Source: a virus
Taxonomy: Duplodnaviria > Caudoviricetes
Direction: 5' to 3' (one strand)
Virus record (IMG/VR): IMGVR_UViG_3300035673_000003
Span: 1-61,545 of that record
Length of the DNA: 61,545 nt
The notes below the pieces were generated by a model. The model had not been told where the DNA came from, made no database searches, and worked only from the letters and a program-made list of their open reading frames with translations. Each line of letters starts with the position of its first letter. Position 1 is the first letter of the stretch. This document shows, one piece after another, positions 10,132 to 18,753 of the stretch. Position numbers and translations under genes: made by a program.

Positions 10132-11478
10132 ATGACGCTTCGCATTGAGGAGCAGCTGCTCCGTCGCATGTGGCCGCACGGCGACAGCCACATTCCCGGG
10201 CTCATCAAGGGCATCGCTCAATCGTCGGAGGCGGTGCTGCGGAAACGCAACATCACCACGGCGCTCCAGCTTGCTCACATCATGGCGCAGCTCAGCCTCG
10301 AGTGCGGCGGCGGCACCGAAGTGGTCGAGAACCTGAACTACACCACGCCGCGCGCGATGATGACCGCATGGCCGCGTCGCTTTCCGACGGTCTCCTCGAC
10401 GGTCGCCTTCCTTCACAATCCCCGGAAGCTGGCGAACAACGTCTACAACGGGCGCATGGGCAACCGCCCGGGGACCAATGACGGCTACGATTTTCGCGGC
10501 CGCGGCGGATCCCAGACCACCGGCCGCTCTGCCTATGACAAGCTCGGCCGCGCCTCGGGCCACGACCTGATCGGCAACCCCGATCTCCTCAACGATCCGG
10601 AACTGTTCTTCGACTTCGCGGTGGCCGACTTCATCATGTGCGGCTGTCTGCCTTATTGCTCGCCGCGCCCGGGCCTGCCGCTCGGCGACATCCTCGGCGT
10701 CACTCACCATTTGAACGGCGGCACCAACGGGCTGGCCGGGCGCAAGGAGTGGTTTGCTCGCTGGTGGCCGGTGCTCAGGGGCATGGACGCCGCAGCGCGG
10801 CCGGTGGCCCTTCTGGCGCCGCCTGTGAACGACGACGACGCGGACGCCGCTCCGACGCTTGCGGACGCTCCTGGAACGGCTCCAGCTGCCGAAGAGCCGG
10901 TTCCGGAGGACGACGGCGTGCTGCGCTACGGCTGCGGCCACGACAAGCCGGACTTCAAGGTCAAGGCGCTGCAGGAGCTGCTCGCCTCCAAAGGCTACAC
11001 CACTGGCCGGATGGACGGCGACTTCTCGACCGGAACCCGGGCTTGCGTCCTCGCCGCGCAGGCCGACAACGGCCTGCCGCTCACCGGCGAGGTCGACCCC
11101 GCGACTTGGGCCGCGTTCCAGAACATGCCGGACAAGCCGGTGGCGGAAGATCGAGCGAACGCCACGGCTGGCGATCTCGCGGCCGCAGGCTCGGAGACGG
11201 TGCGCGACGGCCAGCACGTGGGCCTGATTGGCAAGGGTCTCGCCTTCCTCGGCGTCGGCAAAGCCGCGGACGCGACCGGCGCGCTCGATCACGTCAAGGG
11301 CGCCGTCGACCAGGTCAACACCGCGCGCTCCATCCTCGACAGCGCCGGCGACGTACTGACGTGGGCGGCCTCGCATTGGTGGATCGGCGCGCTCGGCGTC
11401 GGCTTCCTCGCGTGGGTGCTCGGCAATCGCATCATCACCAAGCGCGTTCAGGACCACCGCAGCGCGCGCATTCTCTAG
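10132..11478 (+). CDS. Endolysin: GH19 chitinase-like domain, peptidoglycan-binding domain and C-terminal hydrophobic helices
   Basis: AHIMAQLSLEC...ENLNY...NRPGTNDGYDFRGRG...NGGTNGL (GH19); VKALQELL...GY..G.MDG.F...T...Q...GL..TG.VD..TW (PG_binding_1). Confidence 0.88.
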   Translation: MTLRIEEQLLRRMWPHGDSHIPGLIKGIAQSSEAVLRKRNITTALQLAHIMAQLSLECGGGTEVVENLNYTTPRAMMTAWPRRFPTVSSTVAFLHNPRKLANNVYNGRMGNRPGTNDGYDFRGRGGSQTTGRSAYDKLGRASGHDLIGNPDLLNDPELFFDFAVADFIMCGCLPYCSPRPGLPLGDILGVTHHLNGGTNGLAGRKEWFARWWPVLRGMDAAARPVALLAPPVNDDDADAAPTLADAPGTAPAAEEPVPEDDGVLRYGCGHDKPDFKVKALQELLASKGYTTGRMDGDFSTGTRACVLAAQADNGLPLTGEVDPATWAAFQNMPDKPVAEDRANATAGDLAAAGSETVRDGQHVGLIGKGLAFLGVGKAADATGALDHVKGAVDQVNTARSILDSAGDVLTWAASHWWIGALGVGFLAWVLGNRIITKRVQDHRSARIL

Positions 11479-11490
11479 GGGAGACACACC

Positions 11491-11991
11491 ATGATCGCTT
11501 TAATCACCCGCGCCGCGGGCATGTTCGGCTTGAGCCTGGCCCCGCTTTGGGCCGGCGCGATCGCCGCCCTCCTGATCGGAGGCGGCTTCGGCGTCTACAG
11601 CCTCAAGCTCTACAACGCGGGGTACCGCTCCGCCGATAGCAAGTGCCAGGCGGCGGCGCTGCAGTCCGAGATCGACGCGTTGAAAGCGGATCGCGACAAC
11701 GCGAAGCGGGCGGCTGGCGACGCCGCGCTCCGTCTCGCCACCATCGAGAAGCAGTCCACAGAAAATCAGGAAAGGACATCAGCCTATGTTGCCGAACTCG
11801 AACGAGCAGCCGCCGCGCCGCCGCCGAAGGACGGCAAGCCTGCTGTTGGGAAGCCTTGCGCTCTCACTGCCGCTGATCTCCGGGGGATGCGCGCACCAGT
11901 CGCCCGCGCCCGTCCCATTCGCCCGCGACCTTCCGTCGGCCCCCGATGGCTTGCTCCAGCCGGTAGCGGTCCCGCCGTTAAAGCTAGGTGA
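11491..11991 (+). CDS. Inner-membrane spanin (Rz-like)
   Basis: N-terminal TM followed by a coiled coil; follows the endolysin and overlaps a lipoprotein ORF. Confidence 0.7.
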   Translation: MIALITRAAGMFGLSLAPLWAGAIAALLIGGGFGVYSLKLYNAGYRSADSKCQAAALQSEIDALKADRDNAKRAAGDAALRLATIEKQSTENQERTSAYVAELERAAAAPPPKDGKPAVGKPCALTAADLRGMRAPVARARPIRPRPSVGPRWLAPAGSGPAVKAR

Positions 11992-12112
11992 GGACGCCCG
12001 GATCCCGCTCGCCAAGACGCGGGATGCTCTCGAAGAAGCCAACTCGCGCTTGTCCGGCGGCGCGGGTTGGTATGACAGCGTGCGCCAGGACTACGGAGCC
12101 AAGCAACAATGA
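11786..12112 (+). CDS. Outer-membrane lipoprotein spanin (Rz1-like)
   Basis: RRRRR, a hydrophobic stretch and lipobox ISGG/C, then a Pro-rich segment; overlaps the Rz-like gene in another frame. Confidence 0.7.
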   Translation: MLPNSNEQPPRRRRRTASLLLGSLALSLPLISGGCAHQSPAPVPFARDLPSAPDGLLQPVAVPPLKLGEDARIPLAKTRDALEEANSRLSGGAGWYDSVRQDYGAKQQ

Positions 12113-12492
12113 GCGAGTGGGCCATCATCATCGCCGCGATCAGCCTCGAGGTGGTCATTCTCACCAGCGCCGTCGGCATCGTCTGGAAGCTGTCGCGGAT
12201 CGAGCTGGCACTCCGATCAGACTTCACGGAGAAGCACACGCTATTGGCGGCCCACTTCGCCGACAAGCACTCCTCTATCAGTGCCGACTTCACCGAAAAA
12301 CATGCCCTGTTGGCGGCGAAGGTCTATCAAATCGAAATCTGGGCGCGAGACGAGTTTGTCCGCAAAGGCAGCTTTGACACAGTGGTGGCACGGCTGGAAA
12401 AGACGATGGAGTTGATGGCAACCAAGATTGAAACCGCCGTCGACAAAATGGCGAGCCGCATCGAGAACATCGGCCGCGACCACCACGCCTAA
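12109..12492 (+). CDS. Single-TM coiled-coil protein, holin-like candidate
   Basis: ATGA-coupled; N-terminal TM; position in the lysis cluster. Confidence 0.5.
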   Translation: MSEWAIIIAAISLEVVILTSAVGIVWKLSRIELALRSDFTEKHTLLAAHFADKHSSISADFTEKHALLAAKVYQIEIWARDEFVRKGSFDTVVARLEKTMELMATKIETAVDKMASRIENIGRDHHA

Positions 12493-12516
12493 ACCCTCAA
12501 TCGGAGCATCACCCGA

Positions 12517-13032
12517 ATGAAGCGAACCATGATCGCGGCAGCGTTCGCGCTTGTCGCCCTTTCCGCGCCGGCCGAAGCCCGCCGTCACAAGCCCACCGAC
12601 GTGCCGACCGTCTGCGCCAACCCGGTCGACGTCATGCGTCCCTGCGCGTTCTACTTCACCGACGGGATCCGTTCCGTGTTCAGGCAGATCGGCCGCGGCG
12701 TTGGCGGTGCTGTTACACCCTCGCACCGTCGAGGGAGGGTTCTCGGCGGACGCCCTGCGGCCTGTCGCGGCATCCCGTGGTGCGGCTGTTGGCTGCGGCT
12801 GCAGAAGGGCATCGCGGATCGGCGGCTCAATCTGGCGCGTGCCTGGGCGAGTGTCGGTGTGAGGGCTGGCGGACCCGCCGCCGGCGTCATCGCCGTGTGG
12901 CGTCACCACGTCGGGGAGATCGTCGCCGTTCCCGGGCCCGGGCGCATCATCCTGCGCTCCGGAAACGACGGCCACGCCGTTCGCGAGCGCGAGCGTTCCA
13001 CGAGCGGCATCATCGCCTATCGGCGCGTCTGA
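12517..13032 (+). CDS. Secreted CHAP/NlpC-like cysteine peptidase
   Basis: Signal peptide (MKRTMIAAAFALVALSAPAEA) and WCG...HHVG...SGND catalytic-type motifs. Confidence 0.6.
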   Translation: MKRTMIAAAFALVALSAPAEARRHKPTDVPTVCANPVDVMRPCAFYFTDGIRSVFRQIGRGVGGAVTPSHRRGRVLGGRPAACRGIPWCGCWLRLQKGIADRRLNLARAWASVGVRAGGPAAGVIAVWRHHVGEIVAVPGPGRIILRSGNDGHAVRERERSTSGIIAYRRV

Positions 13033-13082
13033 ACGCGCTGGCAATTGGATCGAGCCTATTCCTGTCAATTCGCGAGGTTCAC

Positions 13083-13733
13083 ATGAGCGGCATCAAGGTG
13101 TTCTGGCTGGAGCCGACCGATCGGGAGCGGCACTGGCTGCGGCGCTTCTCAAGCAGCGAGAAGCGCAAATGCGGCGTGTCCGCATCGTACTGCAACGCCA
13201 TGTTCGAGCTCGGCGAGGCGGACATTCTCTACACCAAGGACGGCTACATCGACGGCGCGCGCAAGGGACCGCCGACGACGGATCCCCGCTGGCCGACGAA
13301 GTGCACCAGATGCGGCGTACCGTTCGCCTCCGACGATGCGTTTCAGGTATTCGGTCGACAGGTTTACGTGAGGCCGGACACCGGCTTTCGGTGCACACTG
13401 GAGGAAGCGCCGCCTGGCGCTTGTTGGGATGCGTGGTGGATCACCGAGCGGAAAAAGAACGGTCCAACCGGCTGCGGCTATCACGTCGGCCCCGATCACC
13501 GCTGCCTGATCGTCAAATGTCCGGACGGCCACGATTGGATGATTGACGGGCGCGCCAGCAACTGCACGCGACCGACCGACAACACGCACCATTGCTGGGT
13601 CCGGCACGGCCGCCCGGAGGACGGTACCCTGCACGTCGACAAACTCGGCGATACCTGTGCCGCCGGCGCCGGGTCGATCGTGACGCCGAAGTGGCATGGC
13701 TTCCTGCGCCACGGCGAACTGGTCACTTGCTGA
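13083..13733 (+). CDS. Cys/His-rich hypothetical protein (possible metal-binding)
   Basis: RBS GAGG before ATG 13083; CTRC, KCPDGHDW, HHCWVRHG and WHGFLRHG motifs. Confidence 0.7.
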   Translation: MSGIKVFWLEPTDRERHWLRRFSSSEKRKCGVSASYCNAMFELGEADILYTKDGYIDGARKGPPTTDPRWPTKCTRCGVPFASDDAFQVFGRQVYVRPDTGFRCTLEEAPPGACWDAWWITERKKNGPTGCGYHVGPDHRCLIVKCPDGHDWMIDGRASNCTRPTDNTHHCWVRHGRPEDGTLHVDKLGDTCAAGAGSIVTPKWHGFLRHGELVTC

Positions 13734-13893
13734 AAAGAGTTCTGTGCTGTGTCGCGATGTTGCGGCTGGCACTCTGGGCGATCCCCGCCCTTGTGAATTG
13801 GTTCAGGCGCGCGAGCGTCTCAAGTAACCGACGCGGATCGCCTTCCGCGTCCGGTCGCCCTTTGCCATAGGGGGCGTATCCTACGAGCAAACT

Positions 13894-13922
13894 GCCCCGC
13901 GCTTCGGCGCGGGGCTTTTTTT
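13894..13922 (+). terminator. Intrinsic terminator ending the late operon
   Basis: GCCCCGCGC-TTCG-GCGCGGGGC followed by T7; lies between convergent genes. Confidence 0.85.
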
Positions 13923-13932
13923 GTGTCCGGAT

Positions 13933-14091
13933 TTAGAGCGGCGGCGCGGGCGAAAAGAACCACAGCACCGCCGCGATGCAGGCCGCGATGCCTACGAGAA
14001 CGACGAGCGACCGCCGTGCCAACTTCGAGCCGGCGATCGCCAGCACCACCAGCATAAAGAAAATCAGGAAGGTCCAGGTCAGGCCGGTCAT
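13933..14091 (-). CDS. 52-aa two-TM membrane protein (not in the ORF track)
   Basis: MTGLTWTFLIFFMLVVLAIAGSKLARRSLVVLVGIAACIAAVLWFFSPAPPL; ATGA-coupled to the upstream gene. Confidence 0.7.
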   Translation of the reverse strand: MTGLTWTFLIFFMLVVLAIAGSKLARRSLVVLVGIAACIAAVLWFFSPAPPL

Positions 14092-14279
14092 CGTTGCTTC
14101 ACTCCAGTTGGTTCGATGAATACCACGGGTTCGAACCTCTCATAACGCCATGAGCCTCCGGACCATGAACGGCAGACCGGGCCGCCGTCCACGATGGCCC
14201 GAACTTGCCACAGGTTTCCGGCCCATTCGAACTTCGCTCCGACATCGACCCAATCAGGTAGTGTCACAGTGCCGGTCAT
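14088..14279 (-). CDS. 63-aa hypothetical protein
   Basis: MTGTVTLPDW...; ATGA-coupled at both ends. Confidence 0.65.
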   Translation of the reverse strand: MTGTVTLPDWVDVGAKFEWAGNLWQVRAIVDGGPVCRSWSGGSWRYERFEPVVFIEPTGVKQR

Positions 14280-14581
14280 TTCCAAGGCTCTCCGTTCGGT
14301 TTCTTGATGTTCACGTTGCCGTCGGCGTCGACCGTGGTTTCCGCGAAGTGCCCCGGGACGACGAGGGGGTTCGCCGGGTTGAAACCGGCATGGTGCAAGA
14401 CGGGTCGCTGGCCCTTTCCGACGGCCTCGATCTCGTCGGCACACACCCTCAATTCTTTGGCGACGTTGCCAGCATACGGCTCGCCAAGACACTCGGCGAT
14501 CTCCCGAATTTCATCGGCGATCTCGCTTAGGGGCCTGACGCCCGCGTTTTCCAAATCTCGTTTTGTCCTATTGGTTTCCAT
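14276..14581 (-). CDS. 101-aa hypothetical protein
   Basis: METNRTKRDL...; GAGG upstream; first gene downstream of the attP core. Confidence 0.55.
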   Translation of the reverse strand: METNRTKRDLENAGVRPLSEIADEIREIAECLGEPYAGNVAKELRVCADEIEAVGKGQRPVLHHAGFNPANPLVVPGHFAETTVDADGNVNIKKPNGEPWK

Positions 14582-14754
14582 CGTGTCGCGCCTCGGCGTT
14601 TTCCAAAAAATGCTAGTAGTTTCCGATACCGCGACGAATTTTAAGTCCCTTGCGTCTACCAATTCCGCCACGTCCGCTCGTTGATTTATAAGACCTTTTC
14701 GGCGTTTCCCGCCTGACGTTTTCCAAACATGCTTAACCGTTTTCCAAAACGGTT
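14545..14754. repeat. attP arm-type integrase binding repeats CGTTTTCCAAA x4
   Basis: Direct copies at 14545, 14597, 14717 and 14738, two on each side of the tRNA-identical core, next to the integrase stop. Confidence 0.8.
14638..14677 (-). other. attP core: 5' half of tRNA-Leu(UAA) (not a complete tRNA)
   Basis: The minus strand reads GCGGACGTGGCGGAATTGGTAGACGCAAGGGACTTAAAAT (acceptor 5' strand, D arm, anticodon 5' strand, CTTAAAA loop). tRNA similarity stops one base after the loop. Confidence 0.88.
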
Positions 14755-15911
14755 CACGATGCACCCCCAGCATCCTTCACCCGCTTGAAGGCGCGGATGA
14801 CGTTCTCCTCGGCTTCGACGTGCCGCGTATAGTGCGCGCCCATGCGCTCGGATTTGTCGCCGAGCAGGCCGGCGATCTCCGAATTGGTGGCACCTCCGGT
14901 CCGCTTCCACCATGCGGCGTAAGAGACGCGCAGGCCGTGCAGCGTGGTCCCGGCGCCGATCAGCCCCTTGCGCTCAAGGTCGCGGAGATAGTGGCTGACG
15001 CGGGTTTGCATTTCCTTTTCGCTCGGCCACGGCGTCCCATCGTCGCGCATCGCAATGAGAGTGCCGGATCGGTTCAAGCCCGCGAGGAAGGGTTGGAGCT
15101 CGGGCATCGCCGGCAGGTAGAGGCCGCGCTTGTTTTTGCGGGTCACGAAGCGGAAGCACATGCCGGTCAACTCGTCCGGTTGGTAATGCTTCCAACTGGC
15201 GACGACGATGCTCTGCCCGCGCAGGCCGCCGAACCGCGCCAGCATCAACGGGATCTTGATCTCCATCGGCGCGTGAGCGAAGGCGGTCGGAAGCTCCGCC
15301 TTGAACCACTCGCGGTTGGCGTTCGGATCGGCTTCGTGAGCCTTGTCCATGCCGCGACAGGGATTGACCATCATCCCTGTTTTGTTTCCGCGCTTCACCG
15401 CCTGGGTGAACATAGACGACAGCGCGCTAATCATCTGATCGGCGAAGCGCGGCCACTTCTGGTTCGCGCACTTGTCGCGGAGGTCGTAAAGGTCGGGCTG
15501 TGTGATGTCGACCAATGCGATGTCGAACTCGTCGCGAAGCCAATCGAAGGCGTCGAGGTAGTCCGTCCTCGTCGCGGCCGCCAGCTTGGTCCGCCACTTC
15601 GGATAACCGTCCGGATTTTCACCGAAGCGGTCCTCTGCCTTTCGCTCCTCAGCCGTGCGGTCAATGTCGCCGTTGGTGAACCAGTGCACGAAGCCGCCGA
15701 GCGTCTCGACAGAGAACGAGCTCGCAGGGCGGGCGCGCGTCCGTGGGCGGTTGTAGCCGGCGATAAATTCGGGGGAAGCGAGCGCGCGCTCAAGGTCGGC
15801 GCGGCTGCCTTCGAGGCCCTTTATCAGGGCCGCGCCGCTCGAACGGAGATAGACGTACCACTTGCCCCGCGCTCGGGCGATCTTCAAACCTTGCAGCTTA
15901 ACCCTTACCAC
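14754..15911 (-). CDS. int: Tyrosine integrase
   Basis: GLRGQS (R), TLHGLR (HxxR), LLGD, AHYTR (Y). Start placed at GTG 15911 after GGAG (ORF track starts at 15980). Confidence 0.93.
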   Translation of the reverse strand: MVRVKLQGLKIARARGKWYVYLRSSGAALIKGLEGSRADLERALASPEFIAGYNRPRTRARPASSFSVETLGGFVHWFTNGDIDRTAEERKAEDRFGENPDGYPKWRTKLAAATRTDYLDAFDWLRDEFDIALVDITQPDLYDLRDKCANQKWPRFADQMISALSSMFTQAVKRGNKTGMMVNPCRGMDKAHEADPNANREWFKAELPTAFAHAPMEIKIPLMLARFGGLRGQSIVVASWKHYQPDELTGMCFRFVTRKNKRGLYLPAMPELQPFLAGLNRSGTLIAMRDDGTPWPSEKEMQTRVSHYLRDLERKGLIGAGTTLHGLRVSYAAWWKRTGGATNSEIAGLLGDKSERMGAHYTRHVEAEENVIRAFKRVKDAGGAS

Positions 15912-16149
15912 CGACACGCTCCCCGATACGCCTACGCTGCGTAGTGGGGGAGGCTGCGTCGTTTTTATCGAGCGTGTCAAGCCATCCGTCGAGGCGGGCG
16001 CGACGGTAGCGGTGCCCGCGCGTGGATTGCGTGAATTCGATGGGCTTGACAGGACACACCTCCTTGAAGGTATCGACGCTCAGACCGCAGTAAGCCGCGG
16101 CCTGGTCGAGACGGAGCGCTTCCGGCCAGTATGGGAGGCGGTCCGACAT
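15898..16149 (-). CDS. xis: Excisionase-like HTH protein
   Basis: PEALRLDQAAAYCGLSVDTF...YRRARLDGWLD; directly upstream of int. Confidence 0.8.
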   Translation of the reverse strand: MSDRLPYWPEALRLDQAAAYCGLSVDTFKEVCPVKPIEFTQSTRGHRYRRARLDGWLDTLDKNDAASPTTQRRRIGERVGGKG

Positions 16150-16347
16150 TCAGGCGTTCGCAACCTCGGGGCACGGATGCGCGGCGATCGCCTCGTCCAG
16201 TGTGATAGCCCGCTCGCTCTCGGCGAGCGGGATCACGGCGATAGTCGTCTGCTGGTTGACTTCCCACTCCATCGACGCGCGCGGATCGAGCAAGTCGAGC
16301 GAGGGCAGGGGACCGCGCAGCCCTCGACGCCAGACTAAATAATTCAT
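16150..16347 (-). CDS. Hypothetical protein (65 aa)
   Basis: Tightly packed in the leftward operon. Confidence 0.6.
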   Translation of the reverse strand: MNYLVWRRGLRGPLPSLDLLDPRASMEWEVNQQTTIAVIPLAESERAITLDEAIAAHPCPEVANA

Positions 16348-16679
16348 AGGGCTACAGGTTCTATGTGGTCGCGCGCGTAGCGCTCAATCTGCTCCGCCGC
16401 GATGCGAGCGCATCGCTCGCCAAACTCGACCGGATCAAACGAGCCGTTATGCAATGCCGCCGCACTGCACAATCCAAACGCAGCCTTCGCTACGTGAGCA
16501 TAGGAGAGCGTCGGCACAATGTCCGCGACCGATAGGCCAGCGTCGACGCCATAAGTCTCCACCACGCGAGCGTCGATCTCGACGGCGACGGCGCTCCACG
16601 TTTCGATCATATCTTTGTGAGTTGGATTGAGCAGCACCGCGTCGTGTGCGCCCTCGGGAATATTGATCTTTGCTTGCAT
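16344..16679 (-). CDS. Hypothetical protein (111 aa)
   Basis: ATGA-coupled to the next gene. Confidence 0.65.
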   Translation of the reverse strand: MQAKINIPEGAHDAVLLNPTHKDMIETWSAVAVEIDARVVETYGVDAGLSVADIVPTLSYAHVAKAAFGLCSAAALHNGSFDPVEFGERCARIAAEQIERYARDHIEPVAL

Positions 16680-16735
16680 AGCGTTTTTGCCTTTTTTGGT
16701 TCTTTTTCAAACGGGAGTTTTAGGGACTTTTCCCG

Positions 16736-17179
16736 TTAGAAGGGAATGTCGTCGTCCATGTCGTTGTTCCGTCGACCGCTTGCAACCCGACCGCCGCCGA
16801 AGTCATCGTCACCACCGCCTTCGCGGCTATCGCGGCCGTCGAGCATAACCAGCTTCGCTCCGAAACCTTGGAGCACCACTTCGGTGGAATACTTCTCGAC
16901 GCCGGATTGATCGGTCCACTTGCGCGTCTGCAGCGCGCCCTCGAGGTAGACCTTTGCGCCTTTCTTGAGATACTGCTCCGCGACTTTCGCGAGCGCCTCC
17001 GACCAGATGACGACGCGATGCCATTCGGTCTTTTCCTTGCGCTCGCCGCTCGCCTTGTCGCGCCAACTCTCGCTCGTTGCCACGCTGAGATTTGCGACGA
17101 TGCTTCCCGAGTTCAGCCGCTTGACTTCGGGATCCTTGCCGAGATTGCCGACGAGGATCACCTTGTTAACACCAGCCAT
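16736..17179 (-). CDS. ssb: Single-stranded DNA-binding protein
   Basis: [19 protein letters not shown]...TEWHRVV...DDDIPF. Confidence 0.97.
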   Translation of the reverse strand: MAGVNKVILVGNLGKDPEVKRLNSGSIVANLSVATSESWRDKASGERKEKTEWHRVVIWSEALAKVAEQYLKKGAKVYLEGALQTRKWTDQSGVEKYSTEVVLQGFGAKLVMLDGRDSREGGGDDDFGGGRVASGRRNNDMDDDIPF

Positions 17180-17194
17180 TTCAAATTCCCTTTT

Positions 17195-17308
17195 TCACCA
17201 CGGACAGCGGAGACAGGGCACCAGCCACACCGATGCCGACGGGATCTTCCCCTCGACGCCGTAGACGACCACGCGCCCGTCTTCGATCAGCAGTAGCCAG
17301 TGCCTCAC
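17195..17308 (-). CDS. 37-aa hypothetical protein
   Basis: GTGA-coupled to recT; MRHWLLLIEDGRVVVYGVEGKIPSASVWLVPCLRCPW. Confidence 0.4.
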   Translation of the reverse strand: MRHWLLLIEDGRVVVYGVEGKIPSASVWLVPCLRCPW

Positions 17309-18738
17309 GGAAGCTCTTTGCGGCGGGCGATCGCGGCGTCCTGCAGCTCCTTGAACCGAACGACCTTGCAGGCTTCGCGCAGGTCTTTCTGCTCCGGACT
17401 ATTCCACCACGGCGCAACCTCGGCGGCTTTGGTGAACGCGGCGAGCTTCGCCCGCAGGTACCGCTCATATTCCGCATCATTGATCGGCGTTGCGCCGGGC
17501 GGCCACGGGCGGTCCGCGCCGTCCTCCTCCTCGATCTCATCGGACGCCGCTTCATTGGTGGAGGCCGGCGCGGCTTTGTTTGTCCCCTCCGCCGTCGCGC
17601 CAGCCTCCGCGCTCGCCTCACCCCCAGATGAAGCGGCGTTCTGATTGGTGGAAGCCGATGCTACCGGCGCGGACCCGGTCGCGGCATCGGCTTCCTTGCT
17701 CGCCCCATTCGCGCCGGTTTTTTCTCCGGTGGGGTTCGCAACCTGCTTTGTCTCTTGCTTTGCTTCCGTTTTGGCCGCCTGAGTTTGGCCGTCGTTCTGG
17801 AAGTCGCTGCGGTCCGCCTCCGACACTTCGCCCGTTCCGGCGTCGTGGTCGATCACCTGGCCGGCCCCGTCTACCGCGCCGGCATACGTGTCGAACGCCT
17901 CGCGCGGAGCAAGGCGGCGCGTTGACGGCGCGGCGATGGCCGGAGTTGTCTCGTCGATCAGGCCGTGGTCGCGATCATCACGCGAAATCATCGCGTCCAT
18001 GCTCTCGGAGTGCGGGAGCTGCTTGTAGTGTCGACGGCCGACGACCTTTTTGCACATTTCGGGAAAGAACGCGGTGTCCTTCCACGGGCCATTGCCCGCC
18101 TTTGACTTCTCCTGCACCTGCTTGATCTGGAACGCCGACATGACCTCGCGCACCGTCTCGCCAGTAACCAGCTTGGCTATGGAGTAGGCGCCAACGACGC
18201 CGCCAGATGGACCGGCGCCCATGTAAGGCTTGTGGCGGATAAAGGCGTTGTCGCCGAGTTCGTAGTCGAAGTCGTCTTTCTCATAGACGACGTTGACCTC
18301 CCACGACTTCACGTGCCCAGCCTCGAAAATCTTTTTCCTATAACCCTCGATCATCGGCATCCACGTCGCGATCTCCGCGCTACGTTTGCCGTCCTTGTTC
18401 TCACCGTAGGGCGCAATCGCGCCCTCGCGGCCATCCGGCAGCAAACCATCTTGCGCCGCGCGGACACAGGCGTTCCAGAGTGACGGGAAGGTGCATGTGA
18501 GCAGCGATGGCTTGTTCTGCAGGGCGGTCATCAGCACCGAAACAAAGCGCTTCGGTGTGATGGTTGGCGGCAACGCATCCTCCAGCGTTGCCATGCGCTT
18601 CTCGACATAGTCGCGGAACTGCACGATAGGCGGTTGTGCTTTCGCCGCTTGCGTCGTCGCGGGTAGATTGTCGGTTGGAGCTTGCTGCGGTGCGGCCTTC
18701 GCGGCGGTGCGCTCGGCGGTCTTGGTCGTCGTTGCCAT
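17305..18738 (-). CDS. recT: RecT-family single-strand annealing protein with long C-terminal extension
   Basis: AAQDGLLPDGRE, VVYEKDDFDYELG and PWKDTAFFPEMCKKVVGRRHYKQLP motifs. Confidence 0.9.
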   Translation of the reverse strand: MATTTKTAERTAAKAAPQQAPTDNLPATTQAAKAQPPIVQFRDYVEKRMATLEDALPPTITPKRFVSVLMTALQNKPSLLTCTFPSLWNACVRAAQDGLLPDGREGAIAPYGENKDGKRSAEIATWMPMIEGYRKKIFEAGHVKSWEVNVVYEKDDFDYELGDNAFIRHKPYMGAGPSGGVVGAYSIAKLVTGETVREVMSAFQIKQVQEKSKAGNGPWKDTAFFPEMCKKVVGRRHYKQLPHSESMDAMISRDDRDHGLIDETTPAIAAPSTRRLAPREAFDTYAGAVDGAGQVIDHDAGTGEVSEADRSDFQNDGQTQAAKTEAKQETKQVANPTGEKTGANGASKEADAATGSAPVASASTNQNAASSGGEASAEAGATAEGTNKAAPASTNEAASDEIEEEDGADRPWPPGATPINDAEYERYLRAKLAAFTKAAEVAPWWNSPEQKDLREACKVVRFKELQDAAIARRKELP

Positions 18739-18753
18739 TTTCAGTGGTCCTTT

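Noticed and set aside
837-13772. Long antisense ORFs over the tail and lysis genes (for example 837..2201, 2513..3550, 10108..11487)
   Set aside because: Shadow frames of high-GC coding DNA with no recognisable motifs, opposite well-supported genes.
14638-14677. Complete phage-encoded tRNA-Leu gene
   Set aside because: The 3' anticodon strand, variable arm, T arm and 3' acceptor strand are absent; it is only an att core.
14582-14773. 5' extension of ORF 14276..14773 (165 aa) through attP
   Set aside because: The extension translates the arm repeats and the tRNA fragment (ADVAELVDARDLK); the real start is more likely ATG 14581.
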